Origin: a virus
DNA length: 64,000 nt
Virus record (IMG/VR): IMGVR_UViG_3300029585_000050
Strand: one strand, 5' to 3'
This document shows, one piece after another, positions 54,958 through 64,000 of this stretch. The notes under the pieces are model-generated. The model saw only the letters and a list, made by a program, of their open reading frames with translations, was not told where the DNA came from and searched no databases. Every line of letters starts with the position of its first letter. The first letter of the stretch is position 1. The position numbers and the translations under genes are program-made.

Positions 54958-55451
54958 TGAAAATGGCACGTTTACTAGAAATGAAAGTGACTGATGTACC
55001 ACTATTTAATGGTGAGGTGGCATATCAATATCTTAAACAACCAATGCCAATTTCGGCATTTGATGGTGAAATGAATTTTATAGAAGGCTATGGCACTGAA
55101 GAAATACAGCATCGTTATTTACCAGTGGCTGATTTTTTCCAAAATGTTCCAGAATACGAAAGTGATGCGTTTGATGCAATCGGTTGGCACAAACTGGAAG
55201 AACAAAACCCAATGTCAAATCATGCGACTTACCATACAGCTATCGCAATGACACCAGAAACCGAACACCTTCTTCGTCTACCAATGCAATCTTTATTGGA
55301 TGACTTGGCCAATGCTCAAAGCAATTCAACGAACGAAAAGAAGAAACGCGAAAAAGCTGAAAATGACTTGGAAGATGCCATAAATGCATTAGACGAATAT
55401 AAATCTTTAGGTTTATTCCAAAAGATTATCAGGCATTTTAAGAAACAATAA
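54957..55451 (+). CDS. hypothetical protein with coiled coil
   Basis: TAATG coupling. Confidence 0.65.
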   Translation: MKMARLLEMKVTDVPLFNGEVAYQYLKQPMPISAFDGEMNFIEGYGTEEIQHRYLPVADFFQNVPEYESDAFDAIGWHKLEEQNPMSNHATYHTAIAMTPETEHLLRLPMQSLLDDLANAQSNSTNEKKKREKAENDLEDAINALDEYKSLGLFQKIIRHFKKQ

Positions 55452-55474
55452 TAAATAAAATAACAGGGTATACT

Positions 55475-55693
55475 ATGTCAGAGAAATTCGATATAGAAGA
55501 TGTAAAGAAACTGTCAATTAGTGATGACGAAGCATTAGTTATTTCAGTTGACATCGGTGAATTGTCTAGGCATAAAGCCAATGAATACATGCATAAAGTT
55601 ATGAAAATGTTCAAAGAAGGTTTACCAGACACTAAAATTTTCATTGTACCTAGTACAACCGAATTAACAGTAATCAATAACACTCAAGAATAG
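55475..55693 (+). CDS. small protein resembling a T4 gp20 portal segment
   Basis: VISVDIGELSRHKANEYMHKVMKMFK. Confidence 0.6.
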   Translation: MSEKFDIEDVKKLSISDDEALVISVDIGELSRHKANEYMHKVMKMFKEGLPDTKIFIVPSTTELTVINNTQE

Positions 55694-55701
55694 GTATTAT
55701 T

Positions 55702-56136
55702 ATGAGCAAAGCAAAAACCACACAAAAACAAACGGTCGCTGTATCTAAGACCGCATTCACTGCAATTGAAGCCGCTGTAAAGGCTAAAGTTGACATCACG
55801 GTAACTAACCAGAAAAATTCAGTTATTGTAAAAGCGCCTAAAGCGCCAACTAAGGCAACAACTGCATTGAAGAACCAAATAGCTGACCTTGAAGATAAAG
55901 TTGTTATTCTTGAAGCCGCTGCTAAAACAGAAGCACAGAATGCTGAATCTCGTCTAGCTAAAGAAACTACACTTGTTGCTGAATTACAAGAAGATGTTCT
56001 TTACAACGTAAAAGTTGCCACTGACGCTGAAAAAGCTTCCGAGTTACTTAAAGCTAAGCTTGAAGTATTTGAAGGCATGGGTTTCTTCGCCCGTCTTTGC
56101 TTTTTATTCACTGGTTCAGTGAAAGCAGAAGACTAA
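55702..56136 (+). CDS. Ala/Lys/Glu-rich coiled-coil protein
   Basis: AGGT SD; biased codons. Confidence 0.7.
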   Translation: MSKAKTTQKQTVAVSKTAFTAIEAAVKAKVDITVTNQKNSVIVKAPKAPTKATTALKNQIADLEDKVVILEAAAKTEAQNAESRLAKETTLVAELQEDVLYNVKVATDAEKASELLKAKLEVFEGMGFFARLCFLFTGSVKAED

Positions 56137-56201
56137 TCCTTTCAGGGGCTTCAACTCAGAAGCCCCGATTCTATCAAACCATTTAATCATGTGAGGTTGA
56201 A

Positions 56202-56504
56202 ATGGGCTTATTTTCATTGGGTAATTACACCAATATGACACCCCGCGAACGTGCCGAAATGGCCATATCTAATTTAGAGTTGTATCTAAAAAATGAAGAT
56301 TGCGACTATCTTTTGACATTCGCCTTGACTGGTGTTAATGAAGCTATGGAATTAACTAAGTTAATGAACGAATCTCGTGAAGAATCATTTGTTGATGGTA
56401 TGAGTGAAGATGAGCATGAGAAGGCATCCATGGAACTATTCAAAAAGAAAAGACATGAATGGCAAGAAAATAAAATAAACGGCATTGGTGAAGAATGTGA
56501 ATAG
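56202..56504 (+). CDS. hypothetical protein
   Basis: GTGAGGT SD. Confidence 0.65.
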   Translation: MGLFSLGNYTNMTPRERAEMAISNLELYLKNEDCDYLLTFALTGVNEAMELTKLMNESREESFVDGMSEDEHEKASMELFKKKRHEWQENKINGIGEECE

Positions 56505-56784
56505 AACTTATTACCTGAAGAACAAAAACAACAGAAATATAGCCGACTTGGAAGTAAGCGACGAAGATATTTCTTGCTACATAGACATTAACCTGTACAC
56601 TTCATATCTACTATCATTAGATGATTATTCCCGTGCCATGTTCACGAAGGAAATCAATCAGTTAAATGACATTCGTAGTGCATACTTCGAAACCAACTAT
56701 AATAATAAAACCACCCATCAAATCGTCCTAGACCACATTCAGAATATTTGTGATATATTCGGTCTTCACCACACTTCAGATTAA
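56485..56784 (+). CDS. hypothetical protein
   Basis: ORF track. Confidence 0.55.
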   Translation: MVKNVNRTYYLKNKNNRNIADLEVSDEDISCYIDINLYTSYLLSLDDYSRAMFTKEINQLNDIRSAYFETNYNNKTTHQIVLDHIQNICDIFGLHHTSD

Positions 56785-56812
56785 AAAAAAATCAAAAAAC
56801 ATTCAAAAAACC

Positions 56813-56870
56813 TTGCACTAAAACCCCAATATGCTATTATATCTGTGTTGGGAAAATAAAGTCTGAGGAG
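56813..56870 (+). promoter_or_regulatory. early promoter with GTCTGAGGAG leader
   Basis: A-tracts, TTGCAC-16nt-TATTAT with extended -10; GTCTGAGGAG at 56861-56870. Confidence 0.65.
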
Positions 56871-56879
56871 ACAAAAAGA

Positions 56880-57161
56880 ATGATTGCTGTAAACGACGAA
56901 TTAAGAAACAACTTCAAAGCTGCCGCCATTTCTGCAATGCTTGACCACAAAAAGGCACTTTACAAAGGCGACATTGCTTGGAACATAAACAACCAGTTTG
57001 ACGAATCACACATCGATAGCGCCTTGGTAAACATCCACGACGACGAAAAACTTGATAACGTGATTGAAGTTCTTGGCGGTGAAGTGAAAGATGCCCCTAG
57101 CGTTTTCCACATGTTATCTTCTTTCGAAGTTGAAGCATTAGCCGCTGCTTGGTACGACTAA
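56880..57161 (+). CDS. hypothetical protein
   Basis: Promoter and strong SD upstream. Confidence 0.7.
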   Translation: MIAVNDELRNNFKAAAISAMLDHKKALYKGDIAWNINNQFDESHIDSALVNIHDDEKLDNVIEVLGGEVKDAPSVFHMLSSFEVEALAAAWYD

Positions 57162-57180
57162 TAATCAAACCTAAAAATAA

Positions 57181-57206
57181 AAAAGCGCATTTATTGCGCT
57201 TTTTTT
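57181..57206 (+). terminator. intrinsic terminator
   Basis: AAAAGCGCA-TTTAT-TGCGCTTTT plus T-tract. Confidence 0.8.
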
Positions 57207-57292
57207 GTATTTAACCTATTGTAAATGCAAAATTACCATGCTAAACTTCGCAGCAATTAAAAATTAACCACAGAAACGAGGAAAAACTTATT

Positions 57293-58930
57293 ATGAGTAA
57301 ACCACAGTTAAAAACGCGAAAAGATAATACGCAGTTAATGATTATCGGCGGTATTGTAACTGTAGTTGCTCTGATTGGTATGGTGGCTTTCAAACTGTTA
57401 TCAGATTCAAAGACACTATCGTTATCAGATGCGGCTAACATTGAACACACAGTTAATATCGGCGTTGATGATTGGGCGGGGTATTTCTACCTATGTTCAA
57501 ACAAAACACGCCAATTCGCCATCGAAGACGGTATTCTTATTCAATGTGAACACGAAGAAAACGGCATAGACTTCGATGAACGTTTCCAAAAATTACGCGA
57601 CGGTGAACTTCAATTAGCTGCTATGACGGCTGATACCTATGTTCGCGTCAGTGATGACCACCGTACACAATTCTCAAGCGTCGTCGGCGTTATTGATGAA
57701 TCATTCGGCGGTGATGCTATCCTAATGCGTAAAGACCTAGTAATCGATGGAACGACACCAACCGAGTCATTTAAGCAGGCATCTCGTTTATCATTAGGTT
57801 TCACTGACGAAAGCCCATCAAGCATGATTGTCACCAGTTGGAAAAGTGACTTCGGTATTCAACTCGATGACCAAACTCGATACACTGTTGTTGAAACTGA
57901 AGGTTCAAAGGACGCATGTGATAAATTAATACGCGGCGAAATCGATGCGGCGGCATGTTGGGAGCCACATGTAACAAAGGCATTGGATACAGGTAAATTC
58001 GTCAAGGTTATTGGCTCAGATGAAACCAAAAACCTTATAGTTGACATCTTAGTTGGTAATAACGACTTCATTAATAAAGGTGATGTACTTGAGCGCGTGT
58101 TGAAAGCATACGGTAAGTCTATGGACTTCTACGGCACCAACCCAGATGAACTAGATGATGACATGAGTGATTACACCAACCTTAAAGGTAAGCAACTAGA
58201 ATCACTTATGAATGGTATTAAATGGACTACATTAGTTGACAATGGTACAAACTGGCTTGGCATCACCTACGGCGGTGGCCTTAAAGGTAACATCCAGTTG
58301 TTCGACACATTCAAGATTGTGACTAACCTTTTAATCAGCAATGATGAAATTTCATCCAGTCCATTCCAGAACGAAGACCCATTCACTGCCATCAACTCGA
58401 CACCGATTTCTCGTGTGTTCGCGGTGGGTGAATCAGGTAACATCGGTTATCCATTCATTGTACCAACAAAAGTTGAGAATATGGGTATCAGTCGTCCATT
58501 CAAGAAAGCATCGGCGGCACGTTGGATGAAAATGAAGCCAGTGGGTTCTGTTGACATCCCTAAGATTAAATTCAAGTCGGGTAAAGATGAATTTCAACCT
58601 GCCATGGAAGAGCAAGAAGCATTCACTCGCATCGTTGATATTTTGCTGAAATACCCTAACTATCGCCTTAAAATCGAAGGTCATACAAGTTGTGGTACAG
58701 TAGATTGTAAGTACGATGACGTTGACGCAGGCATGGATTTATCGAAAGCTCGTGCGGTGGCTGTGCATAAAGTGTTGGTTGACCAACTAGGTGTACACAA
58801 AAACCGTGTTATGACTACGGGTTATGGTAGCTCTAAACCAGTTAAACGCCGCCTTGTCGATGGTAAGTTCGAATCGAAACGCGCATGGTTAAAGCGTTGG
58901 GCACGAGTTGAAATTATTTTAGTAAGATAG
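57293..58930 (+). CDS. membrane-anchored NMT1/TauA-like substrate-binding domain fused to a C-terminal OmpA-like domain
   Basis: N-terminal TM helix; IGVDDWAGY, IDESFGGDAI, CWEPHVT; IEGHT..LSKARAVAV..L, GYGSSKPV, RVEI. Confidence 0.8.
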   Translation: MSKPQLKTRKDNTQLMIIGGIVTVVALIGMVAFKLLSDSKTLSLSDAANIEHTVNIGVDDWAGYFYLCSNKTRQFAIEDGILIQCEHEENGIDFDERFQKLRDGELQLAAMTADTYVRVSDDHRTQFSSVVGVIDESFGGDAILMRKDLVIDGTTPTESFKQASRLSLGFTDESPSSMIVTSWKSDFGIQLDDQTRYTVVETEGSKDACDKLIRGEIDAAACWEPHVTKALDTGKFVKVIGSDETKNLIVDILVGNNDFINKGDVLERVLKAYGKSMDFYGTNPDELDDDMSDYTNLKGKQLESLMNGIKWTTLVDNGTNWLGITYGGGLKGNIQLFDTFKIVTNLLISNDEISSSPFQNEDPFTAINSTPISRVFAVGESGNIGYPFIVPTKVENMGISRPFKKASAARWMKMKPVGSVDIPKIKFKSGKDEFQPAMEEQEAFTRIVDILLKYPNYRLKIEGHTSCGTVDCKYDDVDAGMDLSKARAVAVHKVLVDQLGVHKNRVMTTGYGSSKPVKRRLVDGKFESKRAWLKRWARVEIILVR

Positions 58931-58959
58931 TTGACATTAACATAGGCGGTATGTAATAT
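58931..58959 (+). promoter_or_regulatory. sigma70-type promoter
   Basis: TTGACA-17nt-TAATAT. Confidence 0.55.
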
Positions 58960-58992
58960 GCCGTCTAAGCAAACAAATTAAGAGGAAAAAAT

Positions 58993-60084
58993 ATGGAAGC
59001 ACAAATTGATTTAGACCGCATGACTAAAGAAGTCATCAAGGTTGAGGTGATTAAACGCTCGTTTAAAAGCTTACTGACCCTTGTACCATTAATGCTTGGT
59101 GTATTGGGTATTGGCTCATGGGCAATTCTTGATACTGGCCTTTGGCACCTTGGTATCGGCGTTGGCTTATTAGTAGTGGCGGTACTGGGCTATGTCTGGA
59201 ACTACACACAACGCTATTATGTTTTCCAAAACGACTACCTTGAAGAATTACACTGGGAAGTTGCCTTTGAAAACGAATGGAAACTTGAAGAATTCAAAGA
59301 AGTCTTCGAGGAATTCGACATCGAAGAAGCATACGACCAAGTGAACCTTCTTAAAGCGAAAAGTGAAGCATTCTATGAAGTATTGGAATCTCGTTTCGAA
59401 GAAGGCGAACTCACACACTCACGTTACCGTTCAGTCGCTGACCAAACTTACAAGTCGGTTCTTTATAACCTGAACGAAATCACAATTAAGCTAAAAGCAA
59501 TCGAAGGCATAGACATCGACCGCTTACATTCTCAAATCAATAGCACATATGACGAACCTAAGCTGAAAAGTCTTAAAGAACGTCTGGCTATCTATGAAGG
59601 CGCACACGAAGAAATCAGAAAGTTATTAGACTTGAATGACAAAGCTATGACTGAACTTGACGGCTTCACCGTTATGATTTCTAATGCAAACGTTGACCGC
59701 TTCGACCCAGAAGAAGAGTTACATAAGGCACTAGAACGTATCTCAGGTATGACTAGCCAAGAAATCGTTGCCGAATTCGACGACGAAGAAGAAGGCTTTG
59801 AAGGCTTACATGATGCTATGGAAGTATTAGCTGATACAATTGCCGAAGAAGTTTCTGTTGAAAAATATCTTGACGAACCATCGCATGAACAGGTAGACTT
59901 ATCACAAATGGATTATGAATCACATGATGAACCTGTTATCACTCGTCGCTACGATGACGACACAGCATCGTACCGTGTGCCTGAACCAGAACCAGTTTCG
60001 TATGATACATCTAGCTATGAAGAAACGACGAGTTATGACAACTCATCATCTTATGACTCGTATGATTCATCAGATGACTACTAA
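58993..60084 (+). CDS. two-TM coiled-coil protein with acidic Ser/Tyr/Asp tail
   Basis: Two N-terminal TM helices, helical core, low-complexity C-terminus. Confidence 0.7.
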   Translation: MEAQIDLDRMTKEVIKVEVIKRSFKSLLTLVPLMLGVLGIGSWAILDTGLWHLGIGVGLLVVAVLGYVWNYTQRYYVFQNDYLEELHWEVAFENEWKLEEFKEVFEEFDIEEAYDQVNLLKAKSEAFYEVLESRFEEGELTHSRYRSVADQTYKSVLYNLNEITIKLKAIEGIDIDRLHSQINSTYDEPKLKSLKERLAIYEGAHEEIRKLLDLNDKAMTELDGFTVMISNANVDRFDPEEELHKALERISGMTSQEIVAEFDDEEEGFEGLHDAMEVLADTIAEEVSVEKYLDEPSHEQVDLSQMDYESHDEPVITRRYDDDTASYRVPEPEPVSYDTSSYEETTSYDNSSSYDSYDSSDDY

Positions 60085-60125
60085 TTAAACAATTTTAAAT
60101 TAACCCCAAAAAGAGGAAATACATT

Positions 60126-61142
60126 ATGAAAAACTTGTTTAAATCACTGGCAGTATCTGCCGCACTAACCCTAAGCGCATTTGCTACTGCAAGTGATAAG
60201 CCTACCCTAATCGGTTGGTCACACTTTGTAACATGGGAATCGCTTGGTGTTGCCCAATCTGAAGGCATCGTTGATAAGTACAATGAAAAGTACGGCACCA
60301 ACGTTGAATTCAAATACATCGGTGACTACATCGACTCAATCACACTTTACACTGACCGTGACCTTGCGGGTGTAGCGACGACAACCATGGACATCCTTGC
60401 TTTTGCGGGTGTTGGTAAGCGTCATTCAGAAGTGTTGCGTGTAACTGACTACTCTAACAGCGCCGACGCAGTTATGATTAAAGGTTACTCTGACCTAAAC
60501 GACGCTTTGGACAATGGTGCCACTGTAAACCTTATTGAGTTTTCAGTATCACACTACCTTTTAGCAAGCTGTGTTGAAGCAGTGGGCGGCGACATCGACG
60601 ATTTAGTATTAGAAAATGCTAAAACTGACGCGGTTATCCCTTCTACACTTAAAGCTAAGTCTCAATTCGTTGGTGTAACTTGGAACCCATTACTTGAAAC
60701 TGTTAAAGGTATTTCGGGTGCTAAGGTTGCTTGTGACTCTTCATCAATCAAAGGTGAAATCCTTGATACGGTTGTTGTAGGTGACGAAGTAACTGCCGCT
60801 GAGAAGAAAACTATCTTAGCTTCAATTAACGAAGTTCTTTCATTAATGGCCAAGCGCGATGGTGAAACGTTGAAAGCAGTTGCTGAACAAGCGGGTACTT
60901 CTACTAAAAGCATTAACATGATGCTTGATGGCGTGGAAATTTTCGACACCACCGCTAAAGAAGCAAAGTTTGTTAATGATAGCGCGAACCTACGTCGCAT
61001 CATGGACAAAGTTACGACTTTCAGCTTCAACGCAGGCGTATGGGATGCTGTTGATAGCAAAGACGAGTTAGGTATCAAGTTTGCAGATGGTTCTGTACTA
61101 GGCGACCCTAACAACATCGTGTTGACTTTCCCTGCACGATAA
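60126..61142 (+). CDS. ABC transporter substrate-binding protein (NitT/TauT-like)
   Basis: Signal peptide; YIDSITLY, TDYSNSADAV, SVSHYLL, VTWNP, GEILD. Confidence 0.8.
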   Translation: MKNLFKSLAVSAALTLSAFATASDKPTLIGWSHFVTWESLGVAQSEGIVDKYNEKYGTNVEFKYIGDYIDSITLYTDRDLAGVATTTMDILAFAGVGKRHSEVLRVTDYSNSADAVMIKGYSDLNDALDNGATVNLIEFSVSHYLLASCVEAVGGDIDDLVLENAKTDAVIPSTLKAKSQFVGVTWNPLLETVKGISGAKVACDSSSIKGEILDTVVVGDEVTAAEKKTILASINEVLSLMAKRDGETLKAVAEQAGTSTKSINMMLDGVEIFDTTAKEAKFVNDSANLRRIMDKVTTFSFNAGVWDAVDSKDELGIKFADGSVLGDPNNIVLTFPAR

Positions 61143-61155
61143 GGTTAAATCCCTT

Positions 61156-61179
61156 GGGCTTAGTAATAAAGCTAAGCCC
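61156..61179 (+). promoter_or_regulatory. intergenic stem-loop between binding-protein and permease genes
   Basis: GGGCTTAG-TAATAAAG-CTAAGCCC. Confidence 0.55.
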
Positions 61180-61207
61180 TAAACTTATTTTAACTGTCTG
61201 AGGAGAT

Positions 61208-62146
61208 ATGAACATGAGAAAAATTATTTTAGGAATGATACCGTTTTTGTTAATCATCATTGGTTATCATTTCTTAGCAGACGCACGTCACGAACAAAAG
61301 AAGCTGAAAGGTGAAGAAGAGCTAATCACACCTTACTACAGTAAAATTTTCAAGGCTGCAAACGAATACACGTTTGAAAAGACTGCCACCGTATTTTCGC
61401 CATTCATGTCCAATAAAGAAGTGGCCACCATCAAGAAAGAACAGCGTAAAGCATGTTTAGAACAAATCGGCGATACAATGTCGAAACGTGATGCGAAGAA
61501 GCATTGTAAATCACAGGCTTACCAAGAAAGCCGTTTATGGAACGATATTAAAGCCAGTGGATTCCGCATGATAGTCGGCATCACTATTGCTGTTGTCATT
61601 GCATTCCCATTAGGTTTGATTTTGGGATTATTTAAGACTAGCCGTGAATTGTTATCACCATTCATTGTATTCTTGTCAATTATTCCACCATTGTCGTTAC
61701 TGCCTGCATTCCTTTTAACATTGGGTACAGGTGAGATTGCCAAGATTGCTTTAATCGTGGTCGGCTTGGTGTTCTTATTGACCCGCGACATCGAACGTGA
61801 AGTGTTGGCATTCCCTACCGAATTGAAAATCAAGGCTATGACATTGGGTGCATCGAATTTTGATATGATATTCCGCATCATTGCCCCACAAATGATGCCA
61901 ATTGTATTGAACATGGTTTGTTTACAACTTGGTGCGGCATGGTTGTTCTTATTAGCCAGTGAGGCTATGGCGGCTCAGTCTGGACTAGGTTACACTATTT
62001 ACCTATCACAGCGTTACTTGGCAATGGATGTAATCATCTTCTATGTTATGGTAATCACATTCCTTGGCTTTTTGTTGAATAAGTCAATAAAAATGTTGAA
62101 TGTTAAGTTGTTCCCGTGGTACGCTGCAATCAATGGAGGTAAATAA
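61208..62146 (+). CDS. ABC transporter permease (NitT/TauT family)
   Basis: Multiple TM helices; IPPLSLLP, A.TLGAS, AWLFLLASE, GLGY. Confidence 0.88.
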   Translation: MNMRKIILGMIPFLLIIIGYHFLADARHEQKKLKGEEELITPYYSKIFKAANEYTFEKTATVFSPFMSNKEVATIKKEQRKACLEQIGDTMSKRDAKKHCKSQAYQESRLWNDIKASGFRMIVGITIAVVIAFPLGLILGLFKTSRELLSPFIVFLSIIPPLSLLPAFLLTLGTGEIAKIALIVVGLVFLLTRDIEREVLAFPTELKIKAMTLGASNFDMIFRIIAPQMMPIVLNMVCLQLGAAWLFLLASEAMAAQSGLGYTIYLSQRYLAMDVIIFYVMVITFLGFLLNKSIKMLNVKLFPWYAAINGGK

Positions 62147-62147
62147 T

Positions 62148-63017
62148 ATGATTTTACATATCGAAGACCTTTATAAGACATACGACGGTAATGTTATCCT
62201 TGATGACATCGACCTGAAAGTACAAGAAGGTGAATTTGTTACGGTGGTCGGGCCGTCTGGTTGCGGTAAATCTTCACTTCTACGTCTTATTTTAGGGCAA
62301 GAACAAAAAGACAAGGGCGGTATTCTTAACGTCAACGGTAAGCCAGTTAGCAAGCCAGACATTGACCGTGGTATCGTATTTCAAAAATACACACTAATGG
62401 CAAACATGACCATTTTAGATAATGTATTGCTTGGAAAGAAACTGAGTAATTCAATTATCAACTGGTGGAGAAACAAAGCAGAATACAAAGCAGAAGCTGT
62501 TGAATTCTTAACCACCGTTGGCCTTGGTGAACACTTGCACAAATACCCACATCAATTAAGTGGTGGTATGCAGCAACGTGTGGCCGTTGTACAGGCTATG
62601 ATTATGAAGCCTAAGATTTTATTAATGGATGAGCCTTTCGGTGCCCTAGACCCCGGCACCCGCGAAGACATCCAACTTTTCTTAATCGAGCAACAAGCGA
62701 AACACAACATGACCGTTTTCTTTGTTACCCATGATTTAGAAGAGGCCGTTTTCTTAGGTAGCCGTAACATCGTATTATCGAAATATTATGAAGATAATCG
62801 AAATTTATTGTTGACAGACGATAAACACGGCGCTAAGATTGTCGCCGACCATTCCATAAAGCATTTGGATGACTGCACAGCAGACGAAAAACGCTCTAAG
62901 GAATTCGGGGAACTAATCGCTGATATTCGTAAAGAAGGTTTCGACCCTAATCATTTACAACATATCGACGAATTTAGTTTAAAGCATGAACACAGTTTTC
63001 AAACTATTTTAGATTAA
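62148..63017 (+). CDS. ABC transporter ATP-binding protein (NitT/TauT family)
   Basis: Walker A GPSGCGKS, LSGGMQQR, LLMDEPFGALD, FVTHD; start moved from 62100. Confidence 0.95.
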   Translation: MILHIEDLYKTYDGNVILDDIDLKVQEGEFVTVVGPSGCGKSSLLRLILGQEQKDKGGILNVNGKPVSKPDIDRGIVFQKYTLMANMTILDNVLLGKKLSNSIINWWRNKAEYKAEAVEFLTTVGLGEHLHKYPHQLSGGMQQRVAVVQAMIMKPKILLMDEPFGALDPGTREDIQLFLIEQQAKHNMTVFFVTHDLEEAVFLGSRNIVLSKYYEDNRNLLLTDDKHGAKIVADHSIKHLDDCTADEKRSKEFGELIADIRKEGFDPNHLQHIDEFSLKHEHSFQTILD

Positions 63018-63044
63018 ATTAAACCTTACAAGAGGAAATATATT

Positions 63045-64000
63045 ATGACAGACCAAGTAATTCCAACGACTACTGATATGGTAGTAGCTGAAATGAACCA
63101 AAAGACTAGCCTAGAAGGTCAACTTACTGAAGCTGAACAAGCTCGTGTAAATGAACTGGCTAACTCTATCGACATGAGCAATAGCACTGCTATTATCACT
63201 TTCGGTTCTGAAACACAAAAAGGTCTTAGCAATCACGCTGACTCAATGCTTAACGGTGTTAAGAATAAAGACCTTGGTGCCACTGGCGAAACTATGAATA
63301 ACCTAATGGTTGAAATTCGTGGCCTTGGCGTATCCGACCTTGACCCAGATGCACAACAAGGTTTCATCGGTAAACTTTTACGTCTTGCGACACCAGTACA
63401 AAAGTTTGTACAAAAGTATGAAGGCGCATCTTCTCAAATTGAAGCAATGGTTTCTAGCCTTCAAAAAGAGCAAGAAGTTCTTTACCGTGACATCCAAGCT
63501 CTTGACACAATGTACGACGAAGCATTGGACTTCTTCGATGACTTGGCATACTACATCCGTGCGGCTGAAGCTAAGCACAAAGACGTTCAAGAAAACGTAA
63601 TTCCACAAATGCAAGCTGAAGCTGAAGCTATCGAAGACGAAAGCAAGAAAATCGCTGCATTGTCTGAAGTTAAAGACATGGGTGATAAGCTTCTTGACTT
63701 AGAGCGTCGCGCACACGACATGAAATTGACTCGCCAAGTTGTTATGCAGTTGATTCCACAAACCCGCATGATTCAGCAAACTGATAAAGGTCTATGTACC
63801 AAAATCAACTCAATCATCGCTAACACTATCCCAGTGTGGAAAGTTCAAATGGCTCAAGCTGTTACAGTTTTCAACCAAAAGAAAGCTACTGAAGCTATCC
63901 AAAATGTAACTGACGCGACAAATGACATGATGATGCAATTATCTGACGCGACTCGTGAAGGCAACCGCTCTGCTCGTGAGCAACTTGAGCAAGGCATCGT
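63045..64000 (+). CDS. toxic anion resistance protein TelA family (truncated at window edge)
   Basis: AGAGGA SD; reading open to the edge: MTDQVIP..IITFGSETQKGLS..MLNGVKNKDLG..TIPVWKVQMAQA; absent from the ORF track because there is no stop. Confidence 0.85.
   Translation, partial: MTDQVIPTTTDMVVAEMNQKTSLEGQLTEAEQARVNELANSIDMSNSTAIITFGSETQKGLSNHADSMLNGVKNKDLGATGETMNNLMVEIRGLGVSDLDPDAQQGFIGKLLRLATPVQKFVQKYEGASSQIEAMVSSLQKEQEVLYRDIQALDTMYDEALDFFDDLAYYIRAAEAKHKDVQENVIPQMQAEAEAIEDESKKIAALSEVKDMGDKLLDLERRAHDMKLTRQVVMQLIPQTRMIQQTDKGLCTKINSIIANTIPVWKVQMAQAVTVFNQKKATEAIQNVTDATNDMMMQLSDATREGNRSAREQLEQGI

Noticed and set aside
451-63769. Minus-strand and alternate-frame ORFs in the track (for example 4085..4282, 20555..20929, 40082..40516, 60662..61117)
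   Set aside because: They shadow well-supported + strand genes and lack SD sites or recognisable motifs.
1-64000. Stop-codon reassignment
   Set aside because: Long genes are intact under the standard code, TAG is used as a true stop (528, 58930), and no suppressor tRNA is seen.

Overview
A 64 kb, AT-rich segment of a large lytic tailed phage genome. It is T4-like, judged from gp23- and gp20-like fragments, a TATAAATA motif and a Seg-type GIY-YIG nuclease. The host is probably a gammaproteobacterium (inference). Essentially all genes lie on the + strand as a dense run of about 130 mostly small hypothetical ORFs behind sigma70-type promoters, interspersed with tRNAs, tRNA-like RNAs and non-coding islands. 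Recognisable genes: Rnl2-type RNA ligase, SprT-like protease, CmoA-like protein next to a C5 DNA methyltransferase, TorF-like outer-membrane protein, ROT/TROVE-like-TerD protein, CYTH protein, GIY-YIG endonuclease, CoaD-CoaE fusion, M17 leucyl aminopeptidase, acyl-CoA dehydrogenase, ATP-grasp protein, CHC2 zinc finger, and an OmpA/ABC-transporter/TelA operon running off the right edge. Top candidate novel system: an array of Y-RNA-like RNAs sharing GGC(C/T)AT and GCATCCTTCTA motifs, one of them a circularly permuted tRNA mimic, directly upstream of the Ro-like ROT-TerD gene, with a fourth copy about 2 kb downstream of that gene. Other highlights: a tRNA-Asn split by a group I intron at 35/36 beside a free-standing homing endonuclease; an RNA displaying three anti-Shine-Dalgarno loops; a possible non-methyl cytosine modification pair; and scattered capsid/portal fragments that may be immune decoys. 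All protein family calls come from motif recognition by eye and RNA folds from manual pairing; no searches were run.
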